Below are positions 29,757 through 41,353 of a stretch of 64,000 bases of DNA, piece after piece. Made by a program: the position numbers and the translations under genes. Position 1 is the stretch's first letter. The number at the start of each line of letters is the position of its first letter. Source of the DNA: an uncultured Planctomycetia bacterium (GTDB taxonomy: Bacteria > Planctomycetota > Planctomycetia > Pirellulales > S012-138); the NCBI GenBank assembly GCA_963809785.1, contig CAWEKV010000003.1:209959-273958 (forward strand), read 5' to 3'. Under the pieces are notes generated by a model. It saw nothing but the letters and a program-made list of their open reading frames with translations. It made no database searches and was not told the origin of the DNA.

Positions 29757-29786
29757 ACACTAGCCCGACGCGCAAGCGAGGGAAAG
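29757..29786. repeat. Repeat family B, single arm
   Basis: cacactagcccgacgcgcaagcgagggaaag. Confidence 0.8.
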
Positions 29787-29876
29787 TTGCCATTCACGCC
29801 GGCGCTCCCAGCCGGTGGGTCGAGCCGACATCGTGCGGCACCGACCATTCCCACATTCCTAACCCTGGAGATGACT

Positions 29877-31082
29877 ATGAAACGCCAAGTCCTCTTTGCC
29901 AGCCTGACGGTCACGTTGCTGCTGTTGCCCTCGGCGGCACTGGCTCAAGCGGAGCAGGCCGCGGCCAAGGCCGATCCGCAGAGCAAAACGGAAGAGAGCC
30001 AGGCCCAGAAGCCCGCGCCCGCAGACGCGGCCAAGCCCGCCCAAGCGGCGACAGAGGTCAAGTCTGCGCTCGACGTTCTGGCCTATGAGTTGGCCGGGGA
30101 AGACATCCTCACGCTCGACGGGACCGCCGACGCAATCGGGTCGTACGTCCGGCTCGTTGCTCGGATCGACGACGCCGGCATCGGCGCGTCGCTCGCGCCG
30201 GTGGGCGACACGCTGCAAGCCCAATTGAAGCTCACTAAGGGGCAAGGGCTGGTCGTCACGGCGGTCAATGCCGATAGCCCGGCCGCCAAGGCCGGGTTGC
30301 AGGTGGACGACATTCTGCTGTCGGCTGGCGAGCGGCCGCTGGCCAAGCCGTCGGACGTGTCGGATGTCATCAAATCGCCGGTCAAGAAGCCCTTCACGGT
30401 GGAGTTCACGGTGCTCCGTGGCGGCGAGCGCCGGAACGTCTCTCTGACGGTGGCGGATAGCGCCGCGAGCGTGCTCCACTTGGCGGTTCGCAGTCTGGAG
30501 GCGCCTACTTACCGCATCGGCGTCGAAGTCTCCGACGCCAGCTCCACGCTCCGCACGCAACTCAAGCTTCCCAAGGACCAGGGCATCGTCATCGACCGGG
30601 TGCTGCCCGACAGCCCGGCCCAGAAGGTGGGCTTCCAGGGGCACGACGTGCTGCTGGCCGTGGACGGCAAGCCGCTGGCGAAGAGCGAAGACCTCAGCGC
30701 AGCCGTGAAGGCCTCTGAAGGCCGAGCGCTGAAGTTCGCTGTGATGCGCGGCGGCCAAAAGATCGACGTTGCGGTGACGCCGGAGAAGCAGACCGACAAG
30801 GCCTACCGCGTCCGCACGCGATTGTCTGCCCAGAACGCGCTGCTGAGAAGCTACTCCCATCGCATCCACAACGAAATTGAACGGCCGGTCCTCACCGAGG
30901 TGGTCGTGCGCCAGCGGAAACCGGCGGGCGAAACCCAGGCCCAGCTCGAGCGGGTGCTGAAGCAGATCGACGAGCTGCGCGATTCGGTCAAGGCCCTGCA
31001 AGGCACCGTCTCCCAAGAGCAGAAGGCCAAGCCTACGTCCAAGACGGACCCGCCCACCAAGACCGAGCCATCGAAGAAATAG
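29877..31082 (+). CDS. Secreted protein with two PDZ domains and C-terminal coiled coil (intact)
   Basis: MKRQVLFASLTVTLLLLPSAALAQA is the signal peptide. The two PDZ-like units are GQGLVVTAVNADSPAAKAGLQVDDILLSAGERPL and DQGIVIDRVLPDSPAQKVGFQGHDVLLAVDGKPL. Confidence 0.8.
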   Translation: MKRQVLFASLTVTLLLLPSAALAQAEQAAAKADPQSKTEESQAQKPAPADAAKPAQAATEVKSALDVLAYELAGEDILTLDGTADAIGSYVRLVARIDDAGIGASLAPVGDTLQAQLKLTKGQGLVVTAVNADSPAAKAGLQVDDILLSAGERPLAKPSDVSDVIKSPVKKPFTVEFTVLRGGERRNVSLTVADSAASVLHLAVRSLEAPTYRIGVEVSDASSTLRTQLKLPKDQGIVIDRVLPDSPAQKVGFQGHDVLLAVDGKPLAKSEDLSAAVKASEGRALKFAVMRGGQKIDVAVTPEKQTDKAYRVRTRLSAQNALLRSYSHRIHNEIERPVLTEVVVRQRKPAGETQAQLERVLKQIDELRDSVKALQGTVSQEQKAKPTSKTDPPTKTEPSKK

Positions 31083-31108
31083 CGGGGCGTGCATCGACGA
31101 CAGCCCTC

Positions 31109-31131
31109 GTTCCCACGCTCTGCGTGGGAAC
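31109..31131. repeat. Repeat family A variant hairpin
   Basis: gttcccacg-ctctg-cgtgggaac. Confidence 0.75.
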
Positions 31132-31293
31132 GGGAGCGTGGCCGCTCCGCGGCGAGTGCGGGCGAAGCGGGTGCCCTAGCGGGCGATCCGCAGAATCGGT
31201 GGCGCCACGCGGATTTGGTGGGCCGGCGGCCGCTGACGCGGCCTTGGCCCACCCGACAGATTGCAATCCCGCGCCGCAGAGCGGCGACGAAGG

Positions 31294-31316
31294 TGTTCCC
31301 ACGCAGAGCATGGGAA
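31294..31316. repeat. Repeat family A variant hairpin
   Basis: gttcccacg-cagag-catgggaac, with one mismatch in the stem. Confidence 0.7.
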
Positions 31317-31356
31317 CAAGGGTGGCGACGGGTGGTGAGTTGCTCTTGCGGGCTCG

Positions 31357-33058
31357 TTACTCGTCCGGCTCTTCTGCCTTTTCCGGCCTGGCCTTGGCGG
31401 CGGGCTTGTCGCCTTCGCGGACCCTGTCGAAATACTCGCCCACGTGCTCGCGGTATTCCTTGGGGTATTTGGCGCCGGTCAGCGGGTCCGACTGCTGGGT
31501 CTCGGTCGCCAGGACGTTGGTGCGGATGATGTCGCGGGCCTTGCCGAGGGCGTTGGGCCCGTCGATCTCGCCGATAATGGCCCCCGCGCCCTTGTCTTGC
31601 AGCTTGCTGGCCATCTTGGCATTGGTGAACTTCTCCCCTTTGTCCTTCACCTCGTCGCGGAAGCCTTCGCCTTTGCCCTTGCCGCGCTGGAAGTCGCCCT
31701 TGCCGCGGCGGTCGTCGTCTCCTCCTTCGTCACCCCCCTCCATCCCCAGGCCGAGCTGCTCCATCAGGTCGTCCTTCGCTTGCGCCAGGTCGCCTAGCGC
31801 GCCGTCGAGCATCTTCAGCTCGTCCATCTGGCGGGCCAGGTCCTGCATGTCCCCCTTCATGCCCTGGAGGCCCTTCATGGCACTCTTGGCGTCGCCTTGT
31901 CCCAGGCATTTGGAGCACTCGCCCATCTGCTTGGCCATCTGCTGCATCTGCTTCATCTGCTGGTCTTGCTGCTTGAGCCTGGCCAACTCTTGCTCCGCCT
32001 TCTTCTGCGCGGCCTTGTTGCCTTGCTGCTGGGCTTGCTTGATCCGCTGCTCGAGGTCTTGTTTCTTCTTCTCGTGTTCCTTGGCTATCTGGTCCATCTT
32101 GTTCTTGATCTGGTCGAGCTTGTTGGCGAGCTGCTTCATCTCCTCGGGAGTGAGCTTGCCGTCTTTCAGGTCGTTGGCCAGCTTGCCCAGCTCGTTGAGG
32201 GCGTTCTTGAAGTCGCCGTCCTTCAGGCGCTTTGGCCAGCTTGTTGCCGGGGGCGTTGTCGTTGAGCGTTTCCATGTTCTTGAGCTGGTTCTTCAGCTCT
32301 TCGGCCACGTCCACCTGGCTGCGGCGCTTGTCGAGCTCCTTGGCCAGGTCGTTGAGGATGGCCATGGCCTCTTTGCGATCCAGCGTCTTGTCCTTCAGCT
32401 TGTTATCGATGCCCTGCTCGAGCTGCTGGAGCTGCTCCTTCAAGTCTTTCAGCCCCAGCTTCTCCGCCTCTTCCTTCTTCTTGGCCAGCTCCTTCTTCAG
32501 CGGATCGGCAATCTTCTGATTGATGACGTGGGCCTTGACGATCTCTTTGTTCTTCGCGGCGTCGTCTTCTTTCGTGGCACGCGGCTTGAGGGTCAGGGCC
32601 AGCACGAGCACGGCCAAGGCCGGCAATACGGGCAAGAATGCCCAGCGGCTGAGGCCGAGGCCGAACTTGTCTCGGACGTTGACGGTCTGCACGCGGCGGA
32701 CGGCGTCGTGCGAGAGCGCCTGGCCGACGGAGGTCTGCCGCTCCGTTTGGCTCAGGGCCAGCGTGCTGGAGACGCGCTCCTTGAGGCCGAAGCGGCGGTC
32801 GATCTCGATCGCCGCCTCCATCCGGCTGGCGCGGAACACCAGGCTACAGACCATGGCCGCGACGATGGCCAGTCCGGCGGCCGCGCCGGCGGCCACCCCC
32901 GGGTGCAGCCCCAGGCTCCAGTACCAGTTCGCCAGCACGGCCCCCACGGCCACCAGCAGCAGGGCGAACATCCAGCCCACCAGCGAGCTGACGAACTTCT
33001 GCGCCGTGAGCCGACGCCGGGCACGAGAGACCTGACGTTCCAGGGCCTTCATGGGCAT
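31357..33058 (-). CDS. Membrane-anchored coiled-coil protein (~565 aa, one frameshift)
   Basis: The N-terminus has three hydrophobic segments (LVGWMFALLLVAVGAVLANWYW, GAAAGLAIVAAMVCSLVF, WAFLPVLPALAVLVLALTL). A long K/E/Q-rich coiled coil follows. ORFs 31730-33058 and 31357-32139 join near ~32230. Confidence 0.65.
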
Positions 33059-33162
33059 TCTCCGGATCGAGATTGCAGGAACGCGCGCGGACCGACGCTG
33101 TGTGCGCCAGCCGCCACGGATATCTTACCAAACTCCGGGAAAAAGTCCCTCGCAATCTGCGA

Positions 33163-33289
33163 TTTTCGGAGTGCGGTGACTTGTCACCGCCTTAGGATTT
33201 TGACGCGACGTTCGTGCACGGCGTTCGCCGAACCAGCCGACAATTCGTCCAAAAAATCCAAAAGCGGCGACGAGTCGCCGCACTCCGAA
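33163..33289. repeat. Repeat family I: inverted pair of small hairpins
   Basis: tttcggagtgcggtgacttgtcaccgc (33163-33189) and gcggcgacgagtcgccgcactccgaaa (33263-33289). Confidence 0.7.
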
Positions 33290-33339
33290 AGTTGGGGAAC
33301 AATGGGCTGCCGCAACGAGTGACCATCCGGCCGAGCGCA

Positions 33340-34987
33340 TCATGGGTCGATAGGTATTTCGCCGGGAAGAGTTCGTGCCGTCACCGTACCGAGCGTAGCG
33401 GGGTCGATCTCTAGATTCGGCAGCGCCTGCTTGAAGCGGGCTTTGGCCGCCTCGGTGACCTTCGAGCCTTTGCAGTGGAGCGTCTTGAGAGACTTGAGCT
33501 GCTCGAGCTTGGCCGCGCCGTCGTCGTCGATGGCCGTATCGACAAGGCCCAGGAACTCCAGCTTCCCCATACCCGCTAGGGCGTCGAGGGCCGCATTCGT
33601 GATCTTCGTGCGGTCGAGCCGAAGCACCTTCCACGACTTTGACTTCGCCAGGTGCCGGGCGCCTCGATCGCCAATCTGTGTGCCGGCGAGGTTCAGGTCC
33701 TCCAGATGCCCCCAATCGTTCACCGTTCCCAGCGATTCGTCCGTGACCGCACAATGCTCCAGCCAGACGCTGCACAGCCTGGGCAGGCCCAGGACGTGGC
33801 GGAGGCCTTCCCCCGTGACCTTCGTTTCTCGCAGATCAAGGAGTCTCAGGCTTTCGAGGCTCGCCAAATGGGCCAGACCTGCATCACTTACGCGGGTGTC
33901 TGCCAGGTAAAGGTCTTCGAGGCGGTTCACCGCGCCCAATGCCGGCAGTCCCTGGTCGGAGACCTTGGTGCCGATCAAGCCAAGCCGAGTCAGTTTGGTC
34001 AATCGTTTCAGGCGTTCCGTCACCTCATCGGTCACCGAGGTGTAAGAGAGCATCAGGTACCTCAGCCCGGAGAGTTGCTCGATGTGCCGCATGCCCGCAT
34101 CGGTCACGAGCCGATTGTCCGTGAGATCGAGGCTGTGCAGACTCTTGAGCCGCGTCAGGTGCTCAAGGCCGGCATCGGTCACCAGGGTATTGGGGATGTC
34201 GAGCACCTCCAGATTGGGCAGCCTCGTAAGTTGTTCCAGCCCGGCATCGGTGACGTCGTTCTTTCCGCCCCACATCGTTCTGGAATCCGGAAAGACCAGC
34301 GACTTGATCGTCGTGAATGGCCGCAGCCTGTCCAGTTCCTTGTCGCTAACATCCCCCACGTGCCAGAAGGATGCGCCGCCGGCGTTATTCGGCACTTCGA
34401 AATGCTCGTCACCGACCCAGGCCAGCAAGTCCGGGGGAACGGCATCCTTTCCTGCAGATTCCGTCAAGACGGAGATGCCTTTCCCCTTTTCGTGGTCGGC
34501 GAGAAGGCGCCGCCAGCTGCGTTGAACGATCAGTTCGGGCAAGTGAGCCCGCAGCTTGGCGATCGCCTCGTCAGTGACCTCCGTCGAATCCAGCACGAGG
34601 ACACTCAGCGATTTCAGGCCCCGGAGCCGCGCGAGATGCTGATCGGTAAAGTCGTCGCCCCCCACCACGAGGGTCTCCAGCCGTGGCAGGGCGACGATCG
34701 CGTCCAGGTAGTCGTCCGTATGGGAATTGGCCACGTCGATCCGCGTGACCTGCTGGAAATACCACTCGCCAAGCAGGTTTCGCAGCCAGGCTTGGCCGCC
34801 GGCCTCTGTCGTGCATCGCCCGCGGAGACGATCGATGAGCTCGATCACTCGCCGCTCCTCGCGGTAGGGTGCGACGTACATCCGCCAGGCCACCAGCCCC
34901 AGCACGATTAGCGTGACAAAAACGAGCTGCGCGGCGGAGCGTGAACTGATACCAGCGTAGGCGGGTCGGCTGGAGTCGCTGTGTCAT
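33340..34987 (-). CDS. Leucine-rich-repeat protein with N-terminal membrane anchor (one frameshift at the 5' end)
   Basis: It contains 20 or more LRRs (LKSLSVLVLDSTEVTD, LPNLEVLDIPNTLVTD, LKSLHSLDLTDNRLVTD and others). ATG 34985-34987 gives MTQRLQPTRLRWYQFTLRRAA. After a shift at ~34920 the frame reads LVFVTLIVLGLVAWRMY. Confidence 0.8.
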
Positions 34988-35059
34988 GACACGCCTCGCT
35001 GCTTCGTCGCCAAGCCATTCGCAGGCGGTCGCGCAGCGCACCGCTGGCGACGATACCGA

Positions 35060-38000
35060 TTATTTCGCCGCGCTCTGAGACACGGCATCGATCGGCCCTC
35101 GCCGCGCCAGCCAATCGGTCGTCAGCCAAACCATCGCCGTGCCGTCGCGGCTGCCGGTGCAGACGTAGCGGCCGTCGTGCGAGAAGCGGACGGACGTCAC
35201 CTCCTGTGTGTGCCCCTTGAGGTTGAGGATCGCTTTGCCCTCGTGCTTCTCCGTGGCGTCCCAGAGCTTGGCGGTGTAGTCCTCGCTGGCGGTGATCACG
35301 CGGCTGCCGTGCTCGTCGGGCGAGAAGGCCACCGACGTGACGGCCGCGGTGTGGCCGGCGATGACGACGATCTCCTTGCCGGTCTTGGCATTCCAGAGCC
35401 GGGCGGAGTTGTCTTCGCTACCGGTGATGATCCGCGCGCCGTCGGGCGAAAACGCGGCGCACAGCAGGCCCCGCGTATGCCCCGTGAAGGTCTGCACCAG
35501 CTCGCCGGTCTTGGCGTTCCAGATCCGCGCCGTCTTGTCGCCGGAGGCCGTGAGCACCAGTTGACCATCGAGTGAAAACACCGCGCTGCGCACTCGGTCG
35601 GTGTGCCCGGTGAAGGTGCGCACCACTTCGCCGGTCGCGGCGTTCCAGAGCACGGCCGTGTGGTCGTCGCTGGCGGTCAGGACGAAGGCCCCATCGGGCG
35701 AGAAGACCGCGCTATTGACCATCGCCTTGTGCCGGCCGGCCAGCTTGCGGACGGCCAGGCCGGTCTTGGTGTTCCACAGCTTGGCGGCATTGTCCCAGCT
35801 CCCCGTCACCATCAGCGACCCATCGGGAGAGAAGTCCACGGCTGCCACGGCGCTCGATGGGCTGAAAGCCATGCGGTCGCGCTGCGGCTGCCGAGGAGAC
35901 TCGATGTCCCACAGCCGGGCCGAATCTCCGCCGACCGTGACCAATCCGCGGCCGCGGGGCGCATAGGCCGCCGACCAGAACGAGCCGCCCACGACCTGGG
36001 AATCGAGGAACGGACCGACTGCGTCGTCCTTCGTCGGCAGGCGCTTCTCGCTCAGGTCCGCCAGGTCCCAGAGCTGAACCAGCACGCGGACGATCTCCGT
36101 CCGCTTCTGACTGCGCTTGTCGATGCTCTCGCGCAGCTCCGTGTAGATCGTGGCCGCCGGGCGCCGTCAGGCGAAACGTCCACCGCCTCGAAGCGTCCCT
36201 GCCGCGCATCGCCCTTCAGCTCGCCAACCACTTGTGCCCGCTCTATGTCCCACACACGGGCTTTACCGTCCAGGCAAGCGGTGATCGCCCGGCGGCCGTC
36301 GGGCGTGACGGCCAGTGCCAGCACGCCGTCGGGGTGCCGCAAGAGCAAGGATGGAACTTCCCGCCCCTCGGCCGTGTTCCAGTGCGTGACCGTTTTGTCC
36401 ATGCCGGCAGTGAGCAGGTCGCCGCCAGGCAAAAAGGCTGCGGCGGTGATCTTGCGGCGGCTGGCTCCCTCGAGCGACTTGAGCTCGCGCCACGTGCCGG
36501 CTTCCCAGAGTTTGCCGCGGCCGGATTCGTCGCCGGTGAAGACCAGGCGATTGTCGTGGGATACCGCCACGGCCGTCACCGGGGCGCGATGGCCGGCAAG
36601 CCGCTCAAGTGGTTTGCCGGTCTGCGTAGACCAAACCTGGGCACTGTAGCCGTCCGCCGGACGCGGGCGATCCCGCGGGCCAGCGACGATAGAAGCCGGC
36701 GCGCCCCGGCTTGCCCATTGGGGCCTCGGCCGGCGCGTCGTCGCTGCCCGTGATAACCCAATCTGGGCGGTCAAGGGCGTCCCACGGCACGCCCAGGGCG
36801 GCGTTTTGCCCGGTGCCTTCCAGGCGGTGCAACTGAGTGCCGGCGTCCACGTCCCAGATGCGGACGGTGTTGTCGATGGCCGAAGTCGCCAGGCGTTTGC
36901 CCTGCTGGAAGAACGCGGCCCGCGCCGCGAGATAGGCATGCCCTTCGGTGAAGGTGAGTACCTCTTTGCCCGTCTCCACGGCGAACGTCTTGGCGGTGCG
37001 GTCGCGGCTGGCGGTGGCGATCAGGCCCCCTTCGCGGGAAAACGCGACGTTGAACACCGAGTCGCTGTGTCCGCGGAGTACCTTGCCCCGCAGCACGCGC
37101 ACTTCTTCGTAACCGGCGATGTTCCAGCGCTTGATCTGCTGCGCATCATCGTAGCCGGCCGAAATGACCCACTGGTCGTCCGGCGAAAAGGCGCAGGCGC
37201 GGACCCAACTGCCGTGCCCGCGCAGCGACTTGATGAGTTCGCCGCTTGCCACGTGCCATAGGTTCACTGCGTTGTCGTGGCCGCCGCTAATCAACCGCTG
37301 GCTGTCGGCGGAAAACGCCACGCTGCGCACCGCGGCCAGGTGTCCGTCCAGCGCCCGGTATTTGGGCGGCGGCACGGCCTCGCCGTAGGCGAGTTTGCGG
37401 AAGTCGTAGGGCCGCACGTCGTCGGGCCGCCAGACGAGCACGCGCTTGTCGTACCCGCCGCTGGCCACGCTTTGCCCATCGGGCGCGAAGGCGGCCGAAT
37501 ACACCGGCCCCTGATGCCCGGTGAAGGGAGCGCTGGCCTGGCCCGTCTCGGCTGACCAGATGCGGCACGTTCCGTCGTGGCTGGCCGTGACGATCTGCGT
37601 TTCATCCGGCGAGAAGGCCGCTTGCCACACCCACCAGGTGTGGCCGACGAAGCTCCGCAGCTCCCTCTGGCCGGCGATCTCCCACAGCCGGGCCGTCTGG
37701 TCCAGCGAGGCCGAAAGCAGCCTGCGGCCGTCGCGCGAAAAGGCGACGCTCATCACCTGATCGCGGTGGCCCTGGAGCGTGTGCACGGTCTTCTGCGTGG
37801 CCACGTCCCAAACGCGGATCGTCCGGTCGCTGGCGCCGGTGGCCACCCACCGGCCGTCGGGGGAGAAGGCCACGGCGTGCACGTACAAGCCCGGATGCGG
37901 CAGGTTGACGGACTTGCCGGTCTCGATGTCCCAAACCTGCGCCCGGCCGTTCCACGCTCCGCTGACGAAGCGATGGCCGTCGCGGGAGAAGGCCACGGCC

Positions 38001-41000
38001 TCGACGCGATCGCCGGCGTCGTAGGAGCTGGAGACCTGGTCGCAGATGTGCATCAGCCGGCCCCACTCCCAGTTCCTCAGGCGCGGCTTGCAGCCATCGA
38101 GCAACTGCCGGGCAGTGTCGAAGGCGTTCTCGTCGATCTTGGCGGCGGCCAGGCCGATCAGGGCCACGTAGGCCTCGTACTCTTCGGCCTCTTTGGCGGC
38201 GACGGCCCTTTTCTCCGACTCTTGGGCGGCGAGCTTGGCTTTCTCCTCCGCCTCCTTGGCCTTGACGGCCTTGTCGCGCTCGTCCTTGGCGACTTTCTCC
38301 GCGTCTTTGGCGGCCTTCTCGGCGATCTGAGCGGCGACCTTGGCTTTTTCCTCCGCGACCCTGGCTTTGACGGCCTTGTCGCGTTCATCTTTGGCCACAC
38401 CCTCGGCGTCCTTGGCTGCTTTCTCGGCGGTCTGAGCCGCCAATTTGGCTTTTTCCTCGGCGACCTTGGCTTTGACGGCCTTGTCGCGCTCGTCCTTGGC
38501 CACCTTCTCCGCGTCCTTAGCTGCCTTCTCAGCGGTTTGAGCCGCGAGCTTCGCTTTCTCCTCCGCTTCCTTGGCTTTGAGCGCCTTGTCGCGCTCGTCC
38601 TTGGCGACCTTTTCTGCTTCCTTGGCGGCTTTTTCGGCGGTCTGAGCAGCCAACTTGGCTTTCTCTTCCGCGGTCTTGGCCTTCAGCGCCTTGTCGCGCT
38701 CGTCCTTGGCCACCATCTCCGCGTCTTTGGCCAGCTTCTCCGCGTCCTTCGCGGCCTTCTCGGCGATCTGGGCCGCCACTTTGGCCTTCTCCTCCGCGAC
38801 CTTGGCTTTGAGGGCCTTATCGCGATCCTCTCTGGCGGCCTTCTCGGCGACCTGAGCCGCCACCTTGGCCTTCTCTTCCTCCTGCTTGGCCTTGAGGGCC
38901 TTGTCGCGCTCGTCCTTGGCCACCATTTCCGCGTCTTTGGCCAGCTTCTCCGCGTCTTTGGCGGCCTTCTCGGCAATCAGGGCCGCCACCTTGGCTTTCT
39001 CTTCCTCTTCCTTCGCCTTGAGGGCCTTGTCGCGCTCGCCTCGGGCGATTCGTTCCTGCTGCTCGGCTTTCAGCAGATTGTCTTCGGCTTCTTGCTTCTT
39101 CTCTTCGGCGATGCCCTTCTGCTTGACTGCCTCGGCACGCTCCGAATTGATCCACACCGCGGCGCCGGAGACGACGGCCATGAACACGGCCAGGCCCGCC
39201 ACCATCAGCCGTTTCATCGCCTTGAGGCGCTGCTGCCTGGCGTCGCGCTCGCGCTTGGCGGCCAGCATGCCGGTGCGCAGCGGGCCGTGCTCCGGCTCGT
39301 CCGCCCCGATGAGCGACAGTCCCAGGTCGTAGTCCCCCTTCCGCGAGGCGCTCTCGGCGTAGGCCGCGCGGGCTGCCGACAGGCCGCGGCGGGCCTTGGC
39401 GTTGCCGTCCCACAGGGCCAGCGCTTCTTCGAAGGCGAACACGGCCCGCGAGTAGTCCTGATAGTCGTCGCTCACGCGGGCCTGGCGCAGCTCGTCCTCG
39501 GCGCGGGACGACAGGACGATGCTCTCGGAGTGCGACAGGTAGTCGCGGATCGCCGCCTGGAATTCGCCCACGTCGGCGTAGCGGTCCGCCGGGCGCGTGG
39601 CCATGGCCGCTCAGCGCGATCTCGAGCAGCTCGCCCGCTTTTCCGTGTGCACGATCTCGTTCTTGGCCGCCGAGAACAGGCAGGTCATCGTGCTCTTGCC
39701 CGTGTGCGGCGGCTCGCCGGTGACGATCTCGTAGAGGATCGCGCCCAGCAGGTAGATGTCGCTGCGCGCGTGCTGATCTGTTCGCCGGGCCCGTGGCCAT
39801 CTCCGGCGCCATGTAGGCCGGCGTGCCGCCCATGCCGGGCGAGCCGCTGATCGTGCCGGCCTTGCGGAAGTCCGTCGGTGGGCAGGGCCAGGCCCCAGTC
39901 CATCACCAGCACTTCGCCGAAGTCGCCGAGCATGACGTTCTCGGGCTTCAGGTCGCGATGGATGACGCCGCGCGAATGGGCGAAGGCCACGGCGTCGGCC
40001 ACCTTCATCAGGATTTCGACGTTCTCGGCCAGCGACCTTTCTGGCGATGACCTTGTGCCACGGCGTGCCTTCCACGCGTTTCATCGCATAGAACAAGGCG
40101 CCGTGCTCGTTCGTGCCCAGGTCGTAGATCGGCACGATGTTCGGATGGTCCAGGTCGCCGGTGACGACGGCTTCGGCGAGGAACTTCTCGCGCTGCCCGG
40201 CTCGGCGGCCGACGAGGCCCGGATCATCTTCACCGCCACGGTGCGGTCGATCGAGGCCTGCCGGGCCGTGTAGACCACGCCCATGCCCCCCTCGCCGAGG
40301 TGCTTCAACAGCTCGTAGTCGGCCTCGCGGGTCTTGCAGTCGCCGGCCTGGCGCAGCGTGCGCTGCTGGATCTTGAGATTGGACTCGGCCCAGGAGTTGC
40401 CGGACTCGGGGCCTTTGATCGTCATGCCGGGGCGGGCGCCCGGCTGCACGGCGTCGCCCCAGAGGTGGTTCAGCCGGGCTTCGACGTTGCCCGAGAGATC
40501 GGCGGAGTCGAGCGTGCGGTCGATGGCCCGCTCGGGGACGGTGCCCGCCGCGCGGCCGGGCGCGAAGTCGGCCGAGTCGAACGTCTGCGAGACGTGCCGC
40601 TCGTCCACGGTGCGCGGGGCTTTTTCCGGCGGCGATGGGGACAACGCACGGAGGGCGTCCTCGTCCAGCGTTTGGCCAAGAGCACGCTCGTCGATGGTCT
40701 GGCCCCCGGGCGGTGGCTGGGGCGGACCGCCGGCAGGCAAGCCGCGCTCGTCGAGCGTTGGATGCTGCTGCGACGGGGCGACGGTCTCTCGGCCGGCGCC
40801 TTCTTCGCCGCGCGTGGCGGGTGGGGCAACCTCCAAATCCTCAGGACTGACGGTTTGGCCAATCCCCAGGACGGTCGCTGCCCCTGCGTCCGGGCCCTCC
40901 TGCGAGAGCGGTCCTCCGCAGTGCGGGCATTGGTCGAGCAGTGCCTCGGCCGGCGACAGATCGCGCCGGCAGACGGGGCACTGGGACGCGGGCGACTTGG

Positions 41001-41004
41001 CCAT
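35060..41004 (-). CDS. Giant Ser/Thr protein kinase with TM helix, tandem-repeat coiled coil and ~20 WD40 repeats (~1980 aa; several frameshifts)
   Basis: The N-terminal zinc ribbon is CPVCRRDL...CPHCG. Kinase motifs are [33 protein letters not shown] and PAYMAPE. The TM helix is [22 protein letters not shown]40 units include [31 protein letters not shown]. The gene is assembled from ORFs 40081, 39611/39685, 38817, 36605, 36052 and 35060. Confidence 0.85.
38180..39043 (-). repeat. Coding tandem repeat, ~105-nt (35-aa) unit, ~8 copies
   Basis: The unit [11 protein letters not shown][24 protein letters not shown] is repeated, and some copies are extended by [12 protein letters not shown]. Confidence 0.85.
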
Positions 41005-41353
41005 GATGAGACCCGATCAGTGAGGCGAGGACGCTTTTCCGAACCACCGGCGGACGTTCCGCCAGAGCCGCGCGGCGAAGCCGAGTTGGGGATCGGCCTT
41101 TCGCTCGAAGTGGCCGGACGATTCTTTCAAACTGGCTGCCGCGGCGCCGACCACGGCCGCAGCCCCGGCGAGCGCTGGGCCGGAATCCTCGAGAGCATCC
41201 GAATTACCGTGTTCCCCACTGTGTTCAGACTCGCCGGCATCGTCGGGCTTGTCAACGGCCGGCCGTGGGGCACGCGGCTCGCGTGCCTCATCGGGCACAC
41301 GCGAGCCGCGTGTGCCACGAGCGTCAGCCCGCCTTGTTTCGTCGCTGGACTCG

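Noticed and set aside
38180-39043. Regular ~105-nt periodicity, considered as a CRISPR or satellite array
   Set aside because: The units are in frame and encode a coiled coil inside the kinase gene, and no spacer-like unique segments are present.
41017-41298. 93-aa ORF between the giant repeat protein and the kinase gene
   Set aside because: No motif is present, the composition is acidic and Ala-rich, and the ORF could be a frameshifted continuation of a neighbouring gene. Support is insufficient for a CDS call.
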